Shown: positions 49,919-63,380 of the stretch, one piece after another | How the letters are laid out: each line of letters begins with the position of its first letter | Position numbering within the stretch: position 1 is the first letter of the stretch | NCBI GenBank assembly: GCA_964016885.1 | Contig: OZ024741.1 | Location: 157,046,001-157,110,000 of the forward strand | Reading direction: 5' to 3' | Source of the DNA: Eledone cirrhosa | Lineage: Eukaryota | DNA: 64,000 nucleotides | Notes under the pieces: generated by a model | What the model saw: the letters and a program-made list of their open reading frames with translations, nothing else | Databases searched by the model: none | Told to the model about the DNA's origin: nothing | Program-made: the position numbers and the translations under genes

Positions 49919-51852
49919 TAGGTCGGCCCTTAGCAATAGGTAATTTTCTGAAAGTTAAAGTTTTTGCTGCTCCCACTGCCTAATCATATTCCAATCAACA
50001 ACAACATGGGTGTGCAAAGTTTCAGCTCAATCCGATTCTCAAATGCCTTTACATAGTATACGCAACATAGTATACGCAACAATTAATTCTGTTCAAAAGT
50101 GATATACTGTTCCCTATCTCGACCATTTTCTTTTTTCTTCTTAGAGAAATTTATGTGGACACATCCAGGCAACCCCAGCAAATGTTTAAAAAAGTTCTGA
50201 ATCAAATTTACCAATAGTTATTTTGAAAAATTCCTGAAATAACATGAAAAACTTAAGAAATATTAGCTTTTCTTCATAAGAGAAACGCATTTTCATTTAC
50301 AACAATAATTACTATAGAATCAAAAACATAATGTGAACACTGAACTCTGAATATTGAACATTATTATTGCATAAGAGGTTGACTTTGCCTTTCATCCTTA
50401 CAGGGTCGATAAAATAAAGTACCAGTAATGCACTGGGTAATTGCTGGCCTTGTGCCTAAAGTAGAAACAATTATTATTGCATAAGAGGTGGTGGATTGGC
50501 AGTATCGGTAGAGGGTCGGACGCCATGTTTTTCAGCATAGAGTTACAGCCCTTTAAAGTCTGAGTTCAAATCCCTCCGCGATTAGCTTTGTCTTTCATCC
50601 TTAGGGTGTTGATAAAATAAAGCACCAGTAATGCCCTGGGATAATTGCTGGCCTTGTGCCAAAAGTAGAAACAATTATTTTTGCATAAGAGAGTATTAGG
50701 AGGAAATCGGTGCTGATAGAAAATGTTGTGAAGAAAGTTTTTGCACCAGGAGTTACAAAAGACGAAAACTCGATGTTTGTAAAGGAAGAAAAGTCATTTT
50801 GGTGCAGAATTTACCTCTTCAGTTGATTTTTTTCTTCTTCCTCTTCTTCAACTTTGTCTGCTTTCAGCATAACTTGAGAAATGTTTGCCTTAAACTCTCC
50901 TTGCCCTCCTTTTCTCCTTGCTCTCCTTTTCTCATTGCTCTCCTTGGCCTCCTTGCTCTCCTTTTCGCACTGCTTTCCTTGCTATCCTTTTCTCATTGCT
51001 CTCCTTGCTCTCTTTTTCTTCTTCCTCTCCTTGCTCTCTTTTTCTCATTGCTCTCCTTGCTCTCCTGTTATCCTTGCTCGCCTTGCTCTCCTTGCTCTCC
51101 TTTTCTCATTGCTCTCCTTCCTTTCCTTGCTCTCCTTTTCTCACTGCTTTCCTTGCTCTCCTTTTCTCATTGCTCTCCTTGCTCTCCTTTTCTCCTTGCT
51201 CTCCTTTTCGTCTTCCTCTCCTTGCTCTCCTTGCTCTCTTGTTATCCTTGCTCTCCTTGTTATCCTTGCTCTCCTTGCTCTCCATTTCTCCTTCCTCTCC
51301 TTTTCTCCTTCCTCTCCTTGCTCTCCTTTTCTCCTTCCTCCCCTTGCTCTCCTTTTCTCCTTCCTCCCCTTGCTCTCCTTTCTGTCCTTTACTTATTGCT
51401 CTCCTCGCTCCCCCTCCTTGCTCTCCTTTTATCTTTGCTCTCCTTGCCCTCCTTTTCTCATTGCTTTCCTTGCTCTCCTTTTCTCATTGCTTTCCCTGCT
51501 CTCCTTTTATCCTTGCTCTCCCTTTCTCCTTGTATCTAAGTTAAAATGTTAGCGAAAAATAGGTGTTTGCCCTATACCTGCGCTCTGTCCCCATCTTTGC
51601 AAGTTGCCTTCCTCATTATATTTACTGTCACTTATCCTTCTAATAAGTTTGAGCAAGTTTTTAATTTAAGAGAATATGAGATAAAAAATTTTTATCTGAA
51701 AAAATGACTTTCTGGGCGAAAACTTCAAAATTTCACGGTCGATGAGGGTCCGCTTGAGCTAAAGTTTTGCATATATTGGTTTTTGTTAATTGGAACAAGA
51801 TAGGGGAATGGGAGCTAAACTTTTAGAAAGTTGAAAAATAAGGGCCACCCTA
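49919..51852. mobile_element. hAT-like non-autonomous DNA transposon with nested SINEs and CT-rich minisatellite
   Basis: TIRs TAGGTCGGCCCTTA / TAAGGGCCACCCTA, with ATATATAT on both sides (compatible with an 8-bp TSD). Confidence 0.7.
50377..50680 (+). mobile_element. Two tandem SINE family A copies (one truncated, one full)
   Basis: Separated and flanked by ATTATT(A/T)TTGCATAAGAG three times. Confidence 0.85.
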
Positions 51853-52137
51853 ATATATATATATGTACTATGGTCGTGATGGTGACATGGCAAAAAGCAC
51901 CCAGTCAACATTGTAAAGTGGTCATGATGGCAACATGGCAAAAAGCACCCCACGCCAATGCTAATTATATTGCCTAGATAGCAGAAGCTATCAACCTCTT
52001 CTATAGGTCCTTCTTGTGACTGGAATAGGTAGGCTTACATCACTGGCTATCTTCCCCTCAGTTACCCCTGTGCATCTTCTACAAACAATATAGTTATAGG
52101 CCATACAAACTATCATATGAACTGTTGAATGAATTAA

Positions 52138-52564
52138 CTCTTTAACATTTACATTACTCTATATTTACTATTGTATTTTCATGGTAAAGGCTTTACCTCA
52201 CAGAATTATCTTGCATAATATCAAATCTATGAGATTTTGATATTATTTATTTTGAGAACAATACCTTAACATTGGTATGTGGGGCCAGTTATGGCCGGTT
52301 TTAACAGAAAGAAGTGAGAGAATTCTGGCCTGATATGGCCTGTTTAAATGCTAAAGGGTTAACCCATATCCAGCCAGAATTCACTCACCTCTTTCTGTTC
52401 AAACTGGCTGTAACCGGCTGCTTATGCTGATGTTAAGGTATTGTTCTCAAAATAAGTAATATCAAAATATCATAGATTCGATATTATGTGAGATAATTAT
52501 GTGAGGTAAAGCCTTTATGATGAAAATATAATAGTAAATATAGAGTAATATAAATGCTAAAGGG
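52138..52564. mobile_element. Two piggyBac-like MITEs back-to-back sharing one TTAA
   Basis: 52138-52358 (minus) and 52363-52564 (plus); TTAA at 52134, 52359 and 52565. Confidence 0.85.
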
Positions 52565-52691
52565 TTAAATTTTGGAAGTATGTTAGCTTTGCCCAACTTG
52601 ATTGACCATTTAATAGTGAAACTTGTGTTGTAGCACACTGGCTCAGTGACATTGCATAGTACTTTTGGTAAGTGTTATTTAGTATAGCCAT

Positions 52692-52879
52692 GGCGGTGGT
52701 GGATTGGCAGTATCGGTAGAGGGTCGAACGCCATGCTTTCCAGCAGAGTTACGTCCCTTTACGATCTGAGTTCAAATCCCGCCGAGGTTGACTTTGCCTT
52801 TCATCCTTACGGGGTCGATAAAATAAAGTACCAGTAATGCACTGGGTAATTTGCTGGCCTTGTGCCAAATGTAGAAACA
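52692..52879 (+). mobile_element. Full-length SINE family A with 18-bp TSD
   Basis: GTTATTTAGTATAGCCAT at 52674-52691 and 52880-52897. Confidence 0.95.
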
Positions 52880-53379
52880 GTTATTTAGTATAGCCATAGA
52901 TCAACCAATGTAAGTGAAATATAATAGATGGAAGCTGCAAAATCCCATCATATAAGCATACATATGTGTGGGTATATTTACATTAGTTTATGTGTATATC
53001 TCCTGTAACTTAACAAATCAAAAAAAAGAGATCGATAAAATGTGTACCAGACTTGAAAAAAATAAGTACTGTGGTCAATATGGTTGACTAAATCTCTTAA
53101 AGGGGTGCTCCAACATGGCCACTGTCTAAAGATTAAAACCAATAAAATAAAAGTGCACCTGTCTGGACACAGACTGAAACCAGCAGAATAAAAGAACAAA
53201 TAAAAATACTTTGATAGTAATCAAAATAATTAGTTAATAAGCTAATTTGTCTTTTTCATGGCAAATTATTTCCAATTAGATTTTTTTACGCTCATCACTA
53301 TATTTAACTGAGTAATTAATCTCAAACATTTAATTTCTAACATAATAAATAAACAATATATTACACCCAGTTCTCTCAA

Positions 53380-53525
53380 TGAAGGAGTAGTGCCAGTATC
53401 ACTATAAAATACACTCAGTACCCTCTATGAAGGAGTAGTGTCAGTATCACTATAAAATACACTCAGTACCCTCTATGAAAGAGTAGTGTCAGTATCACTA
53501 TAAAATACACTCAGTACACTCAGTA
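53380..53525. repeat. 48-bp tandem repeat x3
   Basis: TGAA(G/A)GAGTAGTG recurs at 53380, 53428 and 53476. Confidence 0.9.
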
Positions 53526-53714
53526 AACTGGTTGGCATTTGGAAGGGCATTTGACAGTAAAAAAACAAGCTGAAATGGAATGGCAATAAGCAAGAAGTGA
53601 TAATCCAGCCCGTCTAGTCACAGAATATACAATCCCTCCAGCTTATGGTAACATGGAAAACAGGTGTTAAATGGTGATAATGGTGATGAATAGAATTAAT
53701 ATACAGCGGAGATT

Positions 53715-54730
53715 GTGTAGTGTAGTGTGGTGTAATGCCTGGTGTGGTGTCACGTGTAGTATGGTGTTGTGTGTTTTGGTGCAGTGTAGTGTGGTGTGTG
53801 GTGTAGTGTAGTGTAATATTGTGTGTAGTGGGATGTGTGGTGTAGCATGGTGCAAAGTGTGGTGTGGTGTAGTGTGGGTATGGTGTGGTGTAGTGTGGGG
53901 TGTGATGTGTGGTGTGGTGTGGTGTGTAGTGTGGTGTATAGTGTGGTGTGGTGTTTTGTGTGGTGTTGTGTGTAGGTGTGGCATGTTGTGTGCGGTGTAT
54001 TGTAAAATAATTGTTTCTACTTTTGGCACAAGGCCAGCAATTACTCGGTGTATTACTGGTACTTTATTTTATCGACCTAGGTGGTTTTTTAACAAAGACC
54101 GTAAAGGGACGTAACTCTATGCTGGAAAGCATGGCGTCCGGCCGTCTACCGATATTGCCAATGTTTTTTTTTGTGTGTTGTGTGTGGTATCTGTTTGGTG
54201 TGATGTTGTGGTTGGTGTTGTGTGTAGTGTTGTGAGTGATGTGCTGTTGTGTGCTGTTGTGTGGTGTGTGTTATGGTGTGAGGTATGGTGTTGTGGGCAG
54301 TGTGCTGTATTCTGTAGTGCTGCGTGCTGCTGTGTGTATTGTTGTGTGTGCTACAGTGTGTGTAAGGTATGGTGTTGTGGGCAGTGTGCTGTATTTTGTA
54401 GTGCAGTGAGCTGCTGTGTTTTGTGTGCTGTTGTGCTGCTGTGTACTGTGTGCTGTGTGGTGTTGTGCTGCTGTGTACTGTGTGTTGTGTGGTGTTGTGC
54501 TGCTGTGTACTGTGTGTTGTGTGGTGTTGTGCTGCTGTGTACTGTGTGTTGTGTGGTGTGGTGCTGCTGTGTACTGTGTGTTGTGTGGTGTTGTGCTGCT
54601 GTGTACTGTGTGTTGTGTGGTGTTGTGCTGCTGTGTACTGTGTGTTGTGTGGTGTTGTACTTCTGTGTACTGTGTGTTGTGTGGTGTTGTGCTGCTGTGT
54701 ATTGTGTGTTGTGTGGTGTTGTGCTATGCT
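53715..54730. repeat. GT-rich low-complexity region including a 32-bp minisatellite (54425-54725) and a SINE A copy (54010-54160, minus)
   Basis: CTGTGTAC recurs at 54471, 54503, 54535 and onward. Confidence 0.85.
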
Positions 54731-55825
54731 ATAATGTAGAATTTGTTGAAGAAACATAAGTACGTGGGCGGTTGCAGGAATATAGAATCCAGGCTCACTG
54801 TTGTGCCAGTGTGTGTGAGTGTCTGTGTGTGTGTTTATGGGCATGTGATTATTTGGTGTGTGTGTGTGTATGTAGTGTGATCTGTGCATGCATATGTGCG
54901 TATATATGTGTGTGTATGTGTGCATGTATGTGTGTGAATGTTTGTATTTATGTGTTTGTATGGATGTGTTTATATGTATATGTGTGTAAATAGGCTTGCG
55001 TACAGTTACACACGTGTTTCAGTGTGTGTGTATGCCTATGTGTATATGAGTTTGGATGTATGTATGATATATGTGTGTGTTTCAATGTGTTTGTGTGTGT
55101 ATGTGTGTGTGTTTTAGTGTGTGCATGTGCGTGTGTATGCATGCATAAGTATATCTGCTTATGCTTTTGCCTAGATATATGTGTTTGCATGTGTGTGATT
55201 CCAACTGTACATGATTAAGTGAGCTTGTATGTATGTACGTATGTGTGGTGATGTGCACGTGACAATGTGTTTGTATATATGCATATGTGTGGGAGAAGGG
55301 GAAGGCAACTATGCATCTGTTTTTATAGTGTATGCATATAGCTGTGTGCAGTTTAATACAGTATATGTGTATGTGTTTGAGTGTTGTAATAGTTGTAGTT
55401 GCTGTTATTGATAGCAACCACAAGTCAGCCCTGGTTGAGTAAACTTATGATCAGAAACCATGACCATCCTATGTTTTATTCAGACATTTGGAACTGCATT
55501 TATCCAATTTGACCTTCCTTTATTTCAGTGTGGTTTGGTAGGAATTGGATTGCTATGTTTAGTATATCAAATGACCATGTAGAGGTTTCCTCATTGATAT
55601 GTCAGTATTTTATAATTTGTGTGTGTATATGTGTATAGGTGTTTGTGATTATATGTAGCTCTAAGAATGTATATGTGTCTATGCATGTATGTATGTGTAT
55701 ACATGCATATATGTATGTATTTATGTATGCATACACATATGTATGCATGTATGTATGTGTTGTATGTGCTCGAATGCCCTTCCATATATCATAGTGAAAG
55801 TAGTAGTAGTAGTAGTAGTAGTAGT

Positions 55826-55913
<88 letters not shown>

Positions 55914-56348
55914 CATGAGTGCAGGTATGTGTGTGTACAGATATGTGTGTGTGCATGTGTGTGGGGATGCTTGTGATTCTATGTAGCTCTGTGAATGTAT
56001 ACATGTGTATCTATGCATGTATGTATGTATGTATGTATGTATGTATATTTGTATGTATGTATGCATATATGCATGTATATATGTATGTATGTATATTTGT
56101 AAGTATGTGTATGTGTGTGTGTATGTGTATGTATTTATATTTGTATGTATGAATGTATATTTGTAAGTATGTGTATGTGTGTGTGTATGTGTATGTATTT
56201 ATATTTGTATGTATGTATGTATGTATGTATGTATGTATGTATGTTTTCCTTCTAGAATTCTGGCATTGCTTTATATCTGGAGATCTCTCTGCACTTGTCG
56301 TCACATGGTACCATGGGCCCAGCACTATGGGTCAATAATTGTCACAGG

Positions 56349-56481
56349 TGTAGTGTTTGTACCAGAGTTTTCAAGTCGCTGGCTGGACTAAAAAGTCACA
56401 CTCGTTCAGCGCATCGGTAGGGGTTCTCCTACATGGATATAAAGTAGTGGCCGTACTCGAAAACGAGTTGGCAGCCACCAT
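56349..56481 (+). mobile_element. RTE-BovB-like 3' end with C2H2 zinc finger
   Basis: CSVCTRVFKSLAGLKSHTRSAHR* followed by a short tail GGCCGTACTCGAAAACGAG...CAGCCACCA. Confidence 0.65.
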
Positions 56482-56549
56482 GTATGTATGTATGCATCTG
56501 TGTGTTTACACAGTTGCATGTGTTTGAATGCCCTTGAATATATCGTGAT

Positions 56550-56580
<31 letters not shown>

Positions 56581-56878
56581 ACAGTAGTAGTAGTAGTAGT
56601 AGTAGTAATAGTAGTAGTAGTAGTAGTAGTAGTATTTCTTGTGTATATATTGGTTTTCCAGCATGATTGTATTTGCATATAAATTGTATTGTAAAAGACT
56701 AAGCCATTGCCAAAACTAACATGAAATTTGTGATTGTGATGATGATCATCATCATCAATATCATTATATCTATATTAGCTGTCTTCACTATTATCATTAT
56801 CAGCAGCAACATCATAATTATCATCCTCATCATCAACATCATCATCATCCAAGAGCATCATAATTAACACTGCAACTA

Positions 56879-56954
<76 letters not shown>

Positions 56955-57191
56955 AATTTCTATTATTTTTCCATGATTCTTTCCCCCCTCTCTCTTTCTT
57001 CTCTTTCTTTCACCCTCCCTCTGTCACTCACTCTTTGAACTATCACCCTCTCTTCCCCCGTCTTTAAGTTATCCCCCCTCTATCTCTCTCTGTCACTCAT
57101 TCTCTCTCTCTCTCTCTTTCTTCCCGTTACTCTCCCTTTTACCTATCACCATCTCTCTCTCTCTTTCTGTTACTCTCCCTTTTACCTATCA

Positions 57192-57244
<53 letters not shown>

Positions 57245-57693
57245 ACTCTCCCTCTTACCTATCACCAGCTCTCTCTCTCTCTCTCTTTCTCTTTCTGTTA
57301 CTCTCCCTTTGACCTATCACCCTCTCTCGATCTCTCCAGTTTCTTTCCCATATGATAAGTTATGAGTGCGGAGTGTAATGGTTCTCAGCCAGAAAAATGG
57401 TAAAGAGAGAGAGAAAGAGAGAGACTGAGAGAGAGAGGAATTGAGGGGTAGGGAGAGATAGTGTGAACATGATAGATGTAGAGAGAGAAGGTGTGAGAGA
57501 AATTATATCTATAAAATTTTGGATCTGCCAATCGGTCTCCTGAATACACACATTCGCCGTAACAGGAACCTCTCTATATCCGGTTGACACCAGTCTGCAT
57601 CTTGTTTAGGCCTGTGTGTATTTGGTTGAGGTTTGTGTGTATCTGGTTTAGGGCTGTGTGGATCTGGTTTAGAGTTGTGTGTATCTCGTTTAG

Positions 57694-58098
57694 CCCTTTA
57701 ACATTTAAACAGGCCATATACGGCCAGAATTCTTTCTTTTCAAACTGGCTGTAACTGGCCGCTCATACTGACATTAAGGTATTGTTCTCAAAATAAATAA
57801 TTGTTTCTACTTTTGGCACAAGGTCAGCAATTATCCCAATACATTACTGGTACTTTATTTTATTGACCCCATAAGGATGAAAGGCAAAGTTAACCTTGAC
57901 GGGATTTGAACTCAGACCATAAAGGGACATAACTCTATAATGGAAAGCATGGCGTACATCCCTCTACCGATACTGCCAATCCAAAATAAATAATATCAAA
58001 ATCTCAGAGATTCACTATTATGTGAGATAAATATGTGAGGTAAAACCTTTACGGTGAAAATACAATAGTATATATAGAGTAAGGTAAATGCTAAAGGG
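57694..58098 (+). mobile_element. piggyBac-like MITE with nested SINE A (~57802-57982, minus)
   Basis: TIRs present; flanks are TTAG/TTAG. The SINE is flanked by AAAATAAATAAT. Confidence 0.85.
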
Positions 58099-58345
58099 TT
58101 AGAGCTGTGTGCATGTGGTTTAGACATGTGTGTATCCAGCTGAGGCCTGTGTATATCTACTTTCGTATAAGTACACTGTAACTTGTGTTTTGTAAGAGGA
58201 GACTTAAAGAGTTGGTGCTAGGAAGAATATTCTGCCATAAGACATTGTCTCAAAATGAAACCCATGATAAGTATAAAGCTTCTTGTCGGATCCCACAAAG
58301 TTAATATTTCCTTTAACAGAAAAATTAGCCTTAAAATACTTGTTA

Positions 58346-58382
<37 letters not shown>

Positions 58383-60403
58383 TGTGTGTGTGCGTATGTA
58401 CATATATATTGATACATCATCGTCATCATCATGTTTTTACATCTATTTTCCATGCTTACATAGGTTAGATAGGTTAACATGATCTGAAGCTGTGCATATC
58501 AGATGACTGTTCTTGCTCATACATTACATTTTGGTATGGTTTCTATGGCTGGATGCCCTTCCTAATGCCAAACACATTGCAACATGTATCTCGTATATTT
58601 TATTTTGGCACTGCTGCTATCACATAACAGAGTGGGCTGGGGGAATTTTAATGTGATACCAACTCTACCACTTTACAGAGTGGGTTGGGTGCATTTTACT
58701 GCAGTACCAACACACTACCACTTATCAATACTAGGGCATTTGTGTCATCTTCGCTTAGGCTGGAAACGCAGTGATGGAAATGGGAAAGATGCTGCTTGCG
58801 TATGGAGTGGGTGAGAGGGTGATGGTCTTAAAGAGAGTGAATGACATTGTGACATACTCAGCTAAGCTAAAGACATACCTGCCAACCTCTAAAAACCCAA
58901 ATGAAAAACGTGCCCCAAAATGGGGAGGAATGAGACAAAATAGGGAGATTTTACATAATGAAAGCTATACCCATTTTCACAAGAGAAGACATCTCTCACC
59001 CACCCCAAAGTGAGTGGGAGATCTTCCCATTGGACAGAGAGAGTTGACAGGTCTTTAAAAAGACATTGATGAGAGTGGGGTGGTGAAGTTACTTGTTCCT
59101 TGAGGTGGGAGAGAGAGCTGGTCTGCCGAGGGATTGAGTGAGAGGAGTAGTCTTAATGAGAGTAAGAGACATACATATATAGTGTGTTTTTGATGTACAA
59201 TAGGCAACCATATTCTGACATGTCCTAAAAGATTATTAAAAGTGTTGGTGACAAAAAGAACCTCTGCTTGTAAAACATAGTCACAAAAAGATTTCCCCCA
59301 CACCTCATAATGAGTATGAGGTTTATCATGGAGCCCATCTGACAGACTTTACACAATTATTTTTATATGTGGTTGAGAATTCTAGAGAAACATGTATCCT
59401 TAAATTCACCATAAAGCAGACTTATTGAGTCTGATGGGCTTCTACATAGTTTCTGTATACCAAATTACATTTGATGGACCTGAGGCTCTGGTTGGAGATA
59501 TCTATCTGCAGGGAAGGATTGAAACTGGGATCTCCTAATTGTGATGTAAACTTCTTAACTCTTCTTTTACAACAAACCACATGAAACCACCCTTGGTTTT
59601 ATTATACGAAGTTGCTTATTTTAAAGTGTTCATATTTATTTCAAAACTCCCATCATAATTTTATGTAAGATCCTTTGTTATGTTTCAAACAACAGCTTAA
59701 TGATGAGAATGTTGGTTACATTACTAAATTACTCCAAATTCTTGATTATTCATAATTATTTGAAAATCATAGATAGTGGTTTTCATTAGAGTTAAAGTTT
59801 TTATGTTTATCTAAAAACCTATCATAATTTTATGTTAAGTTATGTTCAAAACAACATCATCATTTTACATCTACTTTTCCGTGGATTGGACAGGTTTTCT
59901 CCAATATAGCCTGCCTCCAGTCATTGAGTTATTTTGTCATCTCCTCTGCAAGGTTCAGGATTTTCAGGTCAGCTCTCACTAATTCTTGCAACTTTCCTCA
60001 ACTGCAACTTTCCTCCACTGGGATCTCTTAGCAATTCTTCACCCAATGATCATTATCCATATGCATTACATGTCCATACCAATGCATTCTTCTCTCTTGC
60101 ACATTACATCTGGGAAAATTTGAAATTTGAAATGTGTGCACCCCAATGGAATTGACCATAATAATGGTCAATCACTGCAGATATTAATTGAGAAAATTGG
60201 ATAAAATACCCCTGAGACAGAAAAACGTGGACAGAGGTACCTGATTTTCTGACCTATTATCTAATTGTAATTGACCCTTATTATGGTCATCTACATTGGG
60301 ACACACACGTTTCAAGTTTCCCCAATGATTCTTAAGTCAGCTGCTTTATTTACACTTCTAGCTACCAGCTTAAAATCTTCTAAAATGATGGAATTGGTGG
60401 CCA

Positions 60404-60477
60404 GTGGCTCTTTAGCATAAAGATTAATACACTTGCCCAGCATCCAAGACATGCTGGTTTGATTCCTAGCAGGCACC
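60404..60477 (+). pseudogene. Degenerate tRNA-like sequence
   Basis: A-box-like TAGCATAAAGATT and B-box-like GGTTTGATTCC at tRNA spacing; the acceptor stem pairs poorly. Confidence 0.45.
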
Positions 60478-60777
60478 TCTATCCACTCTTTTTCTGTTTC
60501 CAGGAGTACTTTACACAATTTTTAAAGCAATTATTTATAGTGATTGAAAATTATTATGTGATGCATGCATTTAAAATTAAAAATTTTCCCAATGCATCTT
60601 AAATTAAACTCTGATATATATATATATATATATAAGTAAGTATATCATACACAAAACACCACCATCAACAGTTTCCCAAGAGATGACAATGTGAATGGAC
60701 CTGTTATTTTTCTCTAAAGAAATATTTTTCTGATTCTGCCCTGCCTGTCCCTTCAATCTTTCTAATTTGTCATTCTT

Positions 60778-60813
60778 TCTTCTGATGAAGGACTAGCGTC
60801 CAAAACGTTAACA
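60778..60813 (+). ncRNA. Minimal hammerhead motif, G12 mutated (probably inactive)
   Basis: TCTT-CTGATGA-A-GGAC/GTCC-AAAA-CG-TT-AACA; same family and tail as 47386. Confidence 0.6.
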
Positions 60814-60893
60814 CCCTCTTCCTGCTATTTCAAGTATTAAACTAATATATTCCTTCCATATACTGTACCATTTGTGTTGTTATTTCTGTTTAC

Positions 60894-60948
<55 letters not shown>

Positions 60949-61624
60949 GTGTGTGTGTGTGTGTGTGCGCGTGGATTTAGAGAATATGTAAATACAGGGT
61001 GTTTGCATGTATCCATACACAATACAGTGTTGACTAAAAATCTATAGATATATTCTGCAGTACCACATAAACATTGAAACCATACACTGTTAACGCACCA
61101 CCAATAATTTATTTATAGATTCCTTGTCTTCATCCAGAATAGAATCAATGAATCCAGGCAGAAAAGTCACAATATGAACACAGTGTGTGTGTGTTGGATC
61201 TTTCTAAGTTCCAATGACCAGGGTTCCAGCTGTGTGAAACAGCCAGCTTGTGAAACTAATGAGTAAGTAGCTGAGTATTGTATTCTACTGACAAATGTCT
61301 GCATGCTATGATGCTCTGCAAGCAGTGCGTTAAGCCGGTGTTTATCCCGGTTTCATGGCTAAAAAGCAACTGAGAGTACAAGACTCCCCACTGGACAGGA
61401 CACCAGTCCATTGCAGAGTTAAATCCCTGGAGCTAGGCACAGTGTGTGACAAAGCTGGTCCTTTCAATAACAGGTACTATCTTGAATTATGGTGTAAGTA
61501 GTTGAGTATTGTATTTCACAGATACATGTACACTTAATGTAATTCTCAGGGAGATATTACATGAAAGTGTGTAACAAGACAGGCCCTTTGAATTACAGTT
61601 ACAATCTATTTTGTATTACAGTGT

Positions 61625-61820
61625 ATGTAGAGTGTCAGACACCATGCTTTGCAGTCTAGAGTTATGACCCTTTACGTTCTGAGTTCAAATTCCACCAAGG
61701 TTAGCTTTGCCTTTCATCCTTACGGGGTCGATAAAATAAAGTACCAGTAATGCACTGGGGTTGATTTAATCAACTTTCTCCTCTCCTAAAATTGTTGGCC
61801 TAAAGTAGAAACAATTATAA
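61625..61820 (+). mobile_element. SINE family A (older variant)
   Basis: GAGTTCAAATTCC...CTTTGCCTTTCATCCTTACGGGGTCGATAAAATAAAGTACC. Confidence 0.85.
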
Positions 61821-61829
61821 TGTATGTTA

Positions 61830-62640
61830 CTCTGGAGTTTTGCCTGCTTCACACAATGCCATCAGATGATGCAATTTTTGCCACTTAATTCAGCCTCTTG
61901 TCTTCCATCACTCATGAACATGACCCTGAGATACTTGAACTTGTCTATCAGCTTCAGTGGAACTCCATTTACATATAGAGTGCACTGTGCAGGCTTCCTT
62001 GAGAGGATGAATGTCTCAGTTTTTGCACCACTGATTTTTATTCCAGCCATGCAACACTCGACAACAATCCTATCAAGTAGAAGTCGGAGATCACTTCAGT
62101 CAAGTTAAGTAACTCCATATTGTCAGCAAATTCCAGCCAACTGGTCCTACACTTGTCAATCATGATACAACTTCCAATTTGACTGCTCATTTCAATCCTG
62201 TTCATGAAAATAATGAACCGAAAAGGTGGCAGTACACACCCTTGGTGGAGTCTGACTCCCACATGTAATGGTTTCGATTTAACACCATTTATTCAAACAC
62301 AGGCATTTGTATAGAGACATCAGGACAGCAAGAAGCTGATCCTCGATCCCATACTCCTGAAGAACATTCCACAGCAGATCCCAAAGAACATGGTCATATG
62401 CCTTTTCAAGGTCTACAAAACAAGAATATAACTCTTGGCAATACTCCCACTGTTTGAAGACCTGCCGCAGTATGAATATCTGGTTGGCTGTGCTGCACCC
62501 AGGGCGAAAACCACACTGTTAATCAGGTAGCTTAGATTCAACAATCTCCCTATATCTCTTTGCCAGACACCCAGCATAGGCTTTAACGGGGAGGCTTAAC
62601 AAGGAGATCCTTCTGTAATTGGAACAATCTCTCTTGTTCT
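61830..62640 (-). mobile_element. RTE-clade LINE RT fragment (same family as 6310-6960)
   Basis: GVRLHQGCVLPP, EFADN, DKFKYL..MFMSDGRQEAELS and FVDLEKAYD codons. Confidence 0.85.
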
Positions 62641-63242
62641 TATATAAGTTAAAATCTTCCATCATTTTATATAAGAACCATATGTTAAATTAACAATCCT
62701 AGTTCTATGTTAATTAATTGAGATAGAGTGTATGTCATCACCATAGAAATATGGTGATGAAAAGGTTAATTTATAAACACATATTCATATATGTATCTGA
62801 CCTCCAACAAACTTGCTGTCAACTTATTTTCTGGAATTGGTGGGGACGATGAATTGGGAGAGAATTTATTGCTCTTTCTAGCACAGTGTTACTGTCTGTT
62901 CATCCAGCATGCTACCTATATTTATATAGAGAGTGAAACATTACTCCACCTCTCACTCTATCCACCTCCCCAGCTATCTAACTAACTAAAACTTTCCTAG
63001 GTGTTTTCATTTGTTGTCGGTGGGTCTGACATCTGACTTACTTGCCAATGAATCCTTTTTTTCCGAAAATCTATCTCACTCTATTTCTCTCTATCTCACC
63101 TAATGTCTCTCTATCTATCTCTCTTTATGTCTCTCATTATCTCTTTCTTTCTCAACTTCTCTCTTTTTCTATGTGTCTTTCTCTGTCTGTATGTGTCTTC
63201 TCTATATATCTCTTCTTTCTATATATATTTCTTTTCTCTCTC

Positions 63243-63306
<64 letters not shown>

Positions 63307-63380
63307 TCACTAAAAGCAAGTGAGAGAGAGAAGGGAGAGAAAGACATATATATATAAACTCGTATGCACATGTATATATA

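Noticed and set aside
56349-56420. Host C2H2 zinc-finger gene exon
   Set aside because: It is a single finger ending in a stop and followed by a tail shared with other retroposon remnants, which fits an RTE-BovB C-terminus better.
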